Source: Candidatus Binatia bacterium (GTDB lineage: Bacteria; Desulfobacterota; Binatia; HRBIN30). Taken from it: a stretch of 18,891 nt of DNA. Position numbers and translations under genes: made by a program. The stretch spans positions 1 through 18,891 of the forward strand of contig JBBRSP010000054.1 of the NCBI GenBank assembly GCA_038245295.1. Reading direction: 5' to 3'. The notes under the pieces were generated by a model. It was not told where the DNA came from and did not search any database. It saw only the letters and a program-made list of their open reading frames with translations. Each line of letters starts with the position of its first letter. Within the stretch, counting starts at the first letter, position 1. Positions 1 through 5,739 of this stretch are shown here, in pieces.

Positions 1-150
1 CAGGTTGCACGGGCTCTCGGCGTCTCTGTGCCAACTGTGCTGCGCGGCGTGAGCCGAGCCCCGACGAGGGCGTCGCGTTTCGCCATCGACCTCGAGCAGA
101 TCGCTGGGGAGTACATCTCCCATCTCAACTCAGTCCGTCACCCTTTGTGA
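1..150 (+). CDS. 3' end of an upstream gene with a C-terminal helix-turn-helix (possibly a REP-associated/Y1 transposase with an HTH tail); partial
   Basis: Frame 1 is open from base 1 to TGA at 148-150 and reads QVARALGVSVPTVLRGVSR..., matching the HTH pattern xARxLGVSxxTVxR. It is not in the ORF track because the start lies outside the window. The transposase identity is inference. Confidence 0.55.
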   Translation, partial: QVARALGVSVPTVLRGVSRAPTRASRFAIDLEQIAGEYISHLNSVRHPL

Positions 151-175
151 GCTGGCGGTCAGATCCGTCAGTTCG

Positions 176-226
176 AATTGCTATCGGTCGAGACTTGAGA
201 AAGTTGTTACAACGTCCCCCTCGGAA
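176..226 (+). repeat. Left 51-bp inverted repeat
   Basis: aattgctatcggtcgagacttgagaaagttgttacaacgtccccctcggaa is the reverse complement of 2398-2448 with 1 mismatch. It contains the internal palindrome GTTGT-T-ACAAC. Confidence 0.95.
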
Positions 227-282
227 AGCCCGTTGGGGAAAAGTAATTGACGTCAGACAATTTTGGATGAAACGGTGGGCTG

Positions 283-1017
283 ATGCGCATCCGAGGACAA
301 ATGTATATTTCTAGTCGGTATGCTTGCAGAGAATGGTGGTCACTGGAGATAGCGGTGATCGTCATCACGGTTCTATGCGGAGCTTCTGGGTGCATACCCT
401 ACTGCGGTCGTGGCGGAGACTATTCACAGCAACCCTTACGCCTGTTGGACGCGGAGGATAAGCACGAAGTCAATAGTGCGTTGCTTGTCACGATGGGGGG
501 GGGTGGGATCGGCATCGTGAGCGCTCATGGGTCCGGGGGGGCGGGGCTTCGTGGTGCGCTGCGGATCGAACGCGCGATCCGTTTCAACCGAGGCGACGCC
601 CCCGACTTTCACATTGGGTTCATGTGCGGCCTGATTTCCCCCTGGGCTGGAGCTGGTTTCGGCGGTGGGGATGCCCTAGTTCTGGCTATCGCACCTGGAT
701 ACGAGCCCACTTGCTTCGACGTGGACTCCGTAACGAAGACGGCGTTGTGGCCCTGGGCCCCATTGCTGCACCGTGTAAGCCCAGACGCTGCGAGCAGCGC
801 GGTGACGAGGTTGAGACGGATAGCAGAGCTACTAAAGCAAGGGGCAGTCACGGGGCGCGACGATGTCTATTCGATTTGCCGTGAGAACTTAGGACGAAAC
901 GATGAGGAGTACCTCGTCGCTCTTAGTCAAGAGGACCGTCACCTGGTGAATTCGTTCATCGACGAGGCGATCGCTTCGATCGAGGCAGCCGAGGGTGCGG
1001 GCGGTGATTCTCGTTGA
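283..1017 (+). CDS. Hypothetical protein, probable lipoprotein
   Basis: 244-aa ORF (alternative start at 301). Hydrophobic stretch IAVIVITVLCG is followed by the lipobox-like ASG-C. No family recognised. Confidence 0.6.
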   Translation: MRIRGQMYISSRYACREWWSLEIAVIVITVLCGASGCIPYCGRGGDYSQQPLRLLDAEDKHEVNSALLVTMGGGGIGIVSAHGSGGAGLRGALRIERAIRFNRGDAPDFHIGFMCGLISPWAGAGFGGGDALVLAIAPGYEPTCFDVDSVTKTALWPWAPLLHRVSPDAASSAVTRLRRIAELLKQGAVTGRDDVYSICRENLGRNDEEYLVALSQEDRHLVNSFIDEAIASIEAAEGAGGDSR

Positions 1018-1123
1018 GTAGGAGGGCTCCCAGAGGGATGTGTAGTTGCGATTCTCGCAATTCTCGATCGATGCGAGGAGGAGCAGACCTACCTGACGAG
1101 CGGCATAGCGGCGCGCGGCGGTG

Positions 1124-1144
1124 AAAGGGGATGACCCCCATTTT
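1124..1144. repeat. REP-like 21-bp imperfect palindrome (AAAGGG-N5-CCCCCATTTT)
   Basis: aaaggggatgacccccatttt. Its reverse complement matches 17634-17654 at 16/21 positions, differing only in the central 5 nt. Confidence 0.6.
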
Positions 1145-1146
1145 GC

Positions 1147-1373
1147 AGCTCTCTCGTGCTGACACTGCAGACAACCAGGGTAATCCACGCCCCCTCCCGA
1201 CGGCAAGCAGTGGTTACGATATGGGTGCGTTTGAAGGCGCGAGACCTCCGGGATGTGCAATCGATTCCTCCCCGATCAAAAAAACGGGATGGCCAATCGC
1301 GTACGGAGCTGCTTTGATCGCGATTATCGGAATCCGATTCAGGGTGACGCAACAGCGTCGTGAGGGGAGATAA
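1147..1373 (+). pseudogene. C-terminal fragment of a choice-of-anchor-Q-like surface protein with a MYXO-CTERM-like sorting signal
   Basis: The frame of ORF 1131..1373 reads DNQGNPRP...GYDMGAFE (choice-of-anchor Q terminal motif DxRGxPRP...DIGAFE), then GCAI, a hydrophobic segment and RR. There is no N-terminal part; the only ATG comes from the palindrome at 1131. Confidence 0.65.
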
Positions 1374-1377
1374 ACGT

Positions 1378-2544
1378 ATGCCCTTCGAGTCCAAGACTGC
1401 GATTGTCTGTTTTCTTAGTGTTCTGGGTGTCTGCACGCTCGCAGTCCCCGCAAGCGGTGCGGTATACCGCGACGGGGTCAGGAGCTGTCTCGTCGCGGCG
1501 CCCTCGGACACACAAGTCGGGAACCTCGATTTTTTTGTGGCCGAAGACGACGATCACGGATGCGAGCTTTGGGTTACCGACGGCACCGAAGATGGAACCT
1601 CGATCCTTGAGGTATACCCAGGGGCGCGGAACGCGTTCGACGGCGAGTATCCGATACTCTTGAATTTTAAGAATCGGCTGATTTTCACCGCCGATGACGG
1701 CCAGCACGGTATAGAACTCTGGCAGAGCGATGGGACACCGACCGGCACCGCGCTCTTAAAAGACATTTGCTCGGGTACTTGCTCAGGCTTCGACCTTAGT
1801 CCGCAATTCGCGATCTTTGCCAGACTCGGTGACGTGCTACTGTTTGTTGCAAACGATGGAGTGCACGGCGCTGAACTGTGGAAGACTGACGGCACCGAAT
1901 CCGGCACTGTGCTCGTGCGTGACATAAATCTTGGACCCGCGGATGGTTTCTTCTTCGCACAGGACTATCACGACTACGTTCCATTCTTCACGCCGTACAA
2001 CCGACTCATTCTATTTGCGGCGCAGGATGGTGCGTTGGGTTTCGAGCTGTGGCGTACCGATGGAACCACGAACGGCACCACTCTCGTAAAGGACATCAAT
2101 CCAGGCCCCACAAGTTCCCTCGTCGACCATTTGGGCACCGTAGTCAATGAGGAGCCGTTTCCAGAGGTGAATCAGGTGGTTACTTTCACTGCTTATGTGG
2201 GAGTGGAGCCGGGCACCTGGCAGACCGATGGTACCGCGGCTGGCACTCACCCCACAAGCGAGTCAAGAGCAGCGTCCCAACAAGGGGGCTCGTCTGCGGG
2301 CGGGTGCTCGATTCAGTCGCCAGCAGACGGGCGACGGGGTTGGGTGACCGTTTTGATCTTCTCTCTCGTCGGAGTCGCGATTCGGGGATTCCGGGGATTC
2401 CGAGGGGGACGTTGTAACAACTCTCTCAAGTCTCGACCGATAGCAATTTTCGAAAGCCGCCCCGGGGCCGCAGTTCGAAGGAAGCGCGTGCCTGCCGATC
2501 ACGCCGGCCTGCGAGTCCGCAGGGCGCCAAACCTCGAGGTTTGA
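1378..2544 (+). CDS. ELWxxDGT repeat surface protein with signal peptide and MYXO-CTERM-like anchor
   Basis: Repeats ELWVTDGT, ELWQSDGT, ELWKTDGT, ELWRTDGT and TWQTDGT. N-terminal signal peptide. GGCS...WVTVLIFSLVGVAIR near the C-terminus. RBS-like gaggggag precedes ATG 1378. Confidence 0.88.
   Translation: MPFESKTAIVCFLSVLGVCTLAVPASGAVYRDGVRSCLVAAPSDTQVGNLDFFVAEDDDHGCELWVTDGTEDGTSILEVYPGARNAFDGEYPILLNFKNRLIFTADDGQHGIELWQSDGTPTGTALLKDICSGTCSGFDLSPQFAIFARLGDVLLFVANDGVHGAELWKTDGTESGTVLVRDINLGPADGFFFAQDYHDYVPFFTPYNRLILFAAQDGALGFELWRTDGTTNGTTLVKDINPGPTSSLVDHLGTVVNEEPFPEVNQVVTFTAYVGVEPGTWQTDGTAAGTHPTSESRAASQQGGSSAGGCSIQSPADGRRGWVTVLIFSLVGVAIRGFRGFRGGRCNNSLKSRPIAIFESRPGAAVRRKRVPADHAGLRVRRAPNLEV
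2398..2448 (-). repeat. Right 51-bp inverted repeat
   Basis: ttccgagggggacgttgtaacaactctctcaagtctcgaccgatagcaatt is the reverse complement of 176-226 (50/51). Confidence 0.95.
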
Positions 2545-2792
2545 GCCGTTTGCAAACTGCAAATCGTCCGATCATCGATGATCGAGCGAGTTGCAAACCG
2601 CAGATCGCCAAAACCTCGAGGTTTGAGCGCTTTGCAAACCGCAGATCGCCCAATCACCGATGATCGAGCGAGTTGCAAACGGCAGATCGCCAAAACCTCG
2701 AGGTTTGAGCCGTTTGCAAACCGCAGATCGCCCAATCATCGCTGATCGAGCGAGTTGCAAACGGCAGATCGCCAAAACGTCGAGGTTTGAGC
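2525..2792. repeat. Tandem array with an 82-bp period, built from two alternating 41-bp subunits
   Basis: Constant 26-mer GAGCnnnTTGCAAACnGCAGATCGCC at 2543, 2584, 2625, 2666, 2707 and 2748 (first copy slightly diverged). The copies are separated by alternating 15-mers (a)AAACCTCGAGGTTT and (c)RATCATCGATGATC. Confidence 0.95.
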
Positions 2793-3075
2793 AGGTCCAC
2801 GGTGCCGGGGGGTCGCACATCCAGTCTGGCGGTCGCGGTTCAAGAAACGCCGCCACTCGTTGTCGAGACTAACGTCGTTCCATGCGTCACGCGGCAGCCC
2901 GAATTGCTCGAGAGCATCCTCCGCCACTTGGATCCTCCCTTGGAGCCACTGTCGCTGCTCAAGGGGAACTTGGCGTCGCGCTATTTTGTCACCCGGTCCC
3001 GTCATCCCGGCGACGCGGATCCGCGTTCACCCACCTCGTCGTCAACACCTCCGGCGTTATCTTAGGTTGGTGCAA

Positions 3076-3100
3076 CCGGCCCATGTGTCAGATGGGCCGG
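3076..3100 (-). terminator. Hairpin just downstream of the exonuclease gene (possible weak terminator)
   Basis: ccggcccat-N7-atgggccgg forms a 9-bp stem 13 nt after the stop codon. The U-tract is poor. Confidence 0.35.
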
Positions 3101-3113
3101 GCGTGGTGCTAAT

Positions 3114-3839
3114 TCACATCTGGGTCGATCGGTACACATGTGCCGTGGCGATCACGTCGCAGGCACAGTAGCGCGTTACTTCGAGGATTTTTCCGTCGGC
3201 GACGGCTTCGCCGACCTTCGAGCCATCCATTTGATCTTTCGGCGAACGGAACCCGTATCCGAGCGCGTAGGCGGCGAGCGGGTAGCGCGAGGCGGCGCCG
3301 GTGAAGGTGACCACGTCTGACAGGTCGAGATGCATCTGCGGCTTGAAGCGGTTTTCGTTGGCGGCGCGGATGACTACATCGCGGCCTTTGCGTACGCCGT
3401 GGCGGATCGAGCGGTGTACGAGCACCGGAAGATCGAAGCCGCGGCCGTTGTAGGTCACCATGAAGGCGTTCGACTGGGCCAGATGTTGCTGCAAGCGGGC
3501 GCCGAAGACTTCGAGGAGATGTTTCTCGTCGTTGCATGGCTCGAGCAGGCACTCGACCGAGCTTTCATCGTCAGGGCGGCCGTCTGGAACGCTGAGCGAG
3601 CTTGGCACGTCGCCGGTGTGTAACGAGCGATCAAAGGCGGCGGCGAGAATGCCGCTCTGCATATCGAGCCACGAGATGCAGGCGATGCGCGCCAGCGGGG
3701 GGCACAAGCCGGCGTAGTGCTCAGGTGTTTGCTCGCGCTTGGCGGCCATGGCCGTCACTGCATCGCGGTTGTCTGGGGTAAGGTCGGCGATCGTTTCGAT
3801 ATCGAAGACGAGAGCCGCGGGTGCAGTTGGATTGGCCAT
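3114..3839 (-). CDS. Predicted 3'-5' exonuclease related to the PolB exonuclease domain (DEDDy; DNA_pol_B_exo2-like)
   Basis: ExoI VFDIET, ExoII TYNGRGFDLP, HLDL, MDGSKV and ExoIII YCACDV motifs. Start placed at MANPTAP (3839). Confidence 0.88.
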   Translation of the reverse strand: MANPTAPAALVFDIETIADLTPDNRDAVTAMAAKREQTPEHYAGLCPPLARIACISWLDMQSGILAAAFDRSLHTGDVPSSLSVPDGRPDDESSVECLLEPCNDEKHLLEVFGARLQQHLAQSNAFMVTYNGRGFDLPVLVHRSIRHGVRKGRDVVIRAANENRFKPQMHLDLSDVVTFTGAASRYPLAAYALGYGFRSPKDQMDGSKVGEAVADGKILEVTRYCACDVIATAHVYRSTQM

Positions 3840-3891
3840 GGCGCCGCCTTGTAGCCAAGGCGGCGCCATTTGGCCATTTGGCCAAATGATC

Positions 3892-5013
3892 CTACTGCGG
3901 CATCAAACGCTGCAGCCGCTCGCTGGCTTCGACGTAGTCTTCGACCAGGTCGCGGATCACTTCCTTTACCGGGCGAACCGCATTGAGGCGGCCGACGATT
4001 TGGCCGATCGGGTTGAATTGCACGTCCTTCGCTTTGTCGGCGTAACGATGGTTACGCGACACGGCTTCCGAGGTCACCATGAATTGCAACGGCATTCCAA
4101 GCGGCTTCGGCGCACCTTCCGCTTCCCAGGCTTCCGTCCACTTGTTCTTCAACATGCGGCACGGCTTGCCGGTGAACGAACGCGAACGCACGGTGTCACG
4201 GCTGCCGGCCTTCAAGTACGAATCCATCTGCGCCGGCGGGCAGTCGGCTTCGGTCACGGTGAGCCAGAGCGAGCCCGTCCACACACCCGAGGCGCCCATG
4301 GCCATGGCCGCGGCGATCTGACGACCACTGCCGATACCGCCGGCCGCGAGCACCGGGGTCGGCGACACGGCGTCGATGACTTCCGGCCACAAGACCATGC
4401 TGCCAACCTCGCCGGTGTGTCCGCCGCCTTCGGTGCCTTGCGCGATGATGATGTCGATGCCGGCGGCCTTGTGCGACATCGCCTGTTTGGCCGACCCACA
4501 CAGGGCGGCGATCAGACGGCCGGCTTTGTGAACCTGCTCGATCACGTCGGGAGGCGGCGTACCGAGGGCATTGGCGATCAGTTTGACCTTGGGATGCCGG
4601 AGAGCTTCGTCGACCTGTGGCGCCGCGGTTGCGGCCGTCCACCCGAGCAATTCGTTCACCGGCTGATCACCTTCGGGCAGCTTGGGCACGCCGTTGTCGT
4701 CGAGGATCTTCTGGACGTAAGCACGATGTTGCGGCGGGATCATCTCGCGGAGCGAAGCCTCGAGCTTGACCGGGTCGATCTCGCCGATGCCTTCGTATTT
4801 GCCGGGGATGACGATATCGACACCGTAGGGCTTGTCGCCGACATGTTCGTCGATCCAGTTGAGCTCGGTGCGCAGCTGCTCCGGAGTGAAACCGACGGCG
4901 CCGAGCACACCCAGGCCGCCGGCGCGGCTGACTTCGGCGACGACGTCGCGGCAATGACTGAACGCAAAAATCGGCAGCTCGATCCCCAAGCGCTCACAGA
5001 TTTCCGTCTTCAT
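3892..5013 (-). CDS. Nitronate monooxygenase / 2-nitropropane dioxygenase family flavoprotein
   Basis: PIFAFSHCRDVVAEVSRAGGLGVLGA, AQGTEGGGHTG, VLAAGGIGSG, GVWTGS and SRSFTGKPCR. Strong RBS AAGGAG upstream of MKTEIC (5013). Confidence 0.93.
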   Translation of the reverse strand: MKTEICERLGIELPIFAFSHCRDVVAEVSRAGGLGVLGAVGFTPEQLRTELNWIDEHVGDKPYGVDIVIPGKYEGIGEIDPVKLEASLREMIPPQHRAYVQKILDDNGVPKLPEGDQPVNELLGWTAATAAPQVDEALRHPKVKLIANALGTPPPDVIEQVHKAGRLIAALCGSAKQAMSHKAAGIDIIIAQGTEGGGHTGEVGSMVLWPEVIDAVSPTPVLAAGGIGSGRQIAAAMAMGASGVWTGSLWLTVTEADCPPAQMDSYLKAGSRDTVRSRSFTGKPCRMLKNKWTEAWEAEGAPKPLGMPLQFMVTSEAVSRNHRYADKAKDVQFNPIGQIVGRLNAVRPVKEVIRDLVEDYVEASERLQRLMPQ

Positions 5014-5234
5014 GTTTTGAACTCCTTTTTTGTCGGCAGCGCCGCGACGGCGGCCTGAACCAAACAAACGTTTGCTAGTCGCTCGGCCGGGGGGAAGTCA
5101 AGCCGGTTCACTCCTGGGAACCAATCATTCGGTTTGGGCTTCCATCCGGAACCAATGGAAAACGAAAAACCCAGAACCGACGACTGACGATGATCAATTG
5201 GGGAACGTTCCATTGCCCGGTCACTGGGCGCAAA

Positions 5235-5283
5235 TGTAGGGGGCGGTTTGGGAACCGCCCGGCGAACCGGGCGGTTCCTAAAC
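5235..5283 (+). repeat. GTAG-type REP element followed by a truncated inverted partner
   Basis: tGTAGggggcggtttgggaaccgccc (5235-5260), then gggcggttcctaaac (5269-5283), a partial reverse-complement copy. Confidence 0.75.
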
Positions 5284-5338
5284 GGTTACTGTTGCTGTTG
5301 AGAGCGGCGCTGCTCGATTCGTACCGAGGGTCCGATCG

Positions 5339-5626
5339 TTACGAGGCCGGCTTGTGTTTGTTCCGCATGCAAGGGCAGCCACCTTCTTCCGCGGCCGCCT
5401 TTGCTTCGGGAGCAGCGCCTTTGGCAACGCCCGAGCCTTTGCATTCGGGAGCGCCACAACAGCCGCCGCCTTCCATACAACCGGCCGGCATCTCGCCCGC
5501 CTTGCCGTCACTCGGGGCCGTCTCGACGGCCGGGGCCTTGTTGGCCGCGTCATCTGCCCGGGCGGCCACGGCGATCCCACTCGTCAGCAGCGCCGCCATG
5601 GCCAAACTCGTTAGAAGTCGTCGCAT
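5339..5626 (-). CDS. Small secreted Cys-rich hypothetical protein
   Basis: Perfect AGGAGG RBS (5634-5639). Signal peptide MRRLLTSLAMAALLTSGIAVAARA. C-terminal CxxxxxCCxxxxC and CPCM/H motifs. Confidence 0.75.
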   Translation of the reverse strand: MRRLLTSLAMAALLTSGIAVAARADDAANKAPAVETAPSDGKAGEMPAGCMEGGGCCGAPECKGSGVAKGAAPEAKAAAEEGGCPCMRNKHKPAS

Positions 5627-5701
5627 GAGTGCACCTCCTACCGAATTTTACGCTACCGGCGGCCCACGGTCGATGCAAGCCAGCCCTTGGCGGGCAGGGC
5701 C

Positions 5702-5726
5702 GGGCGGTTCCCGAACCGCCCCTACA
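5702..5726 (-). repeat. GTAG-type REP element (inverted relative to 5235-5260)
   Basis: The reverse complement is tGTAGgggcggttcgggaaccgccc, near-identical to 5235-5260. Confidence 0.8.
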
Positions 5727-5739
5727 GACGCTGAATCGT

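Larger units (their letters stand above)
172..2452. mobile_element. Putative non-autonomous IR-bounded cargo element (or invertible segment)
   Basis: 51-bp terminal IRs, with TTCG directly outside both ends (172-175, 2449-2452). Cargo codons look less GC3-rich than the flanking housekeeping genes (judged by eye). No transposase is encoded inside. Confidence 0.6.

Noticed and set aside
227..2397. Classical integron cassette array
   Set aside because: I could not identify attC sites (RYYYAAC...GTTRRRY with paired L boxes) between the cargo genes, and no integrase is visible.
2525..2792. CRISPR array or TIGR-type guide array
   Set aside because: The intervening 15-mers are too short for CRISPR spacers and are just two alternating repeated palindromes rather than unique spacers. 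No cas or Nop-domain gene is visible in the window.
2426..2872. Several 70-94 aa ORFs across the array
   Set aside because: They are translations of an 82-bp repeat (not a multiple of 3) with no RBS or protein-like features.
3739..5058. 439-aa + strand ORF
   Set aside because: Antisense shadow of the NMO gene, typical of high-GC codon bias.
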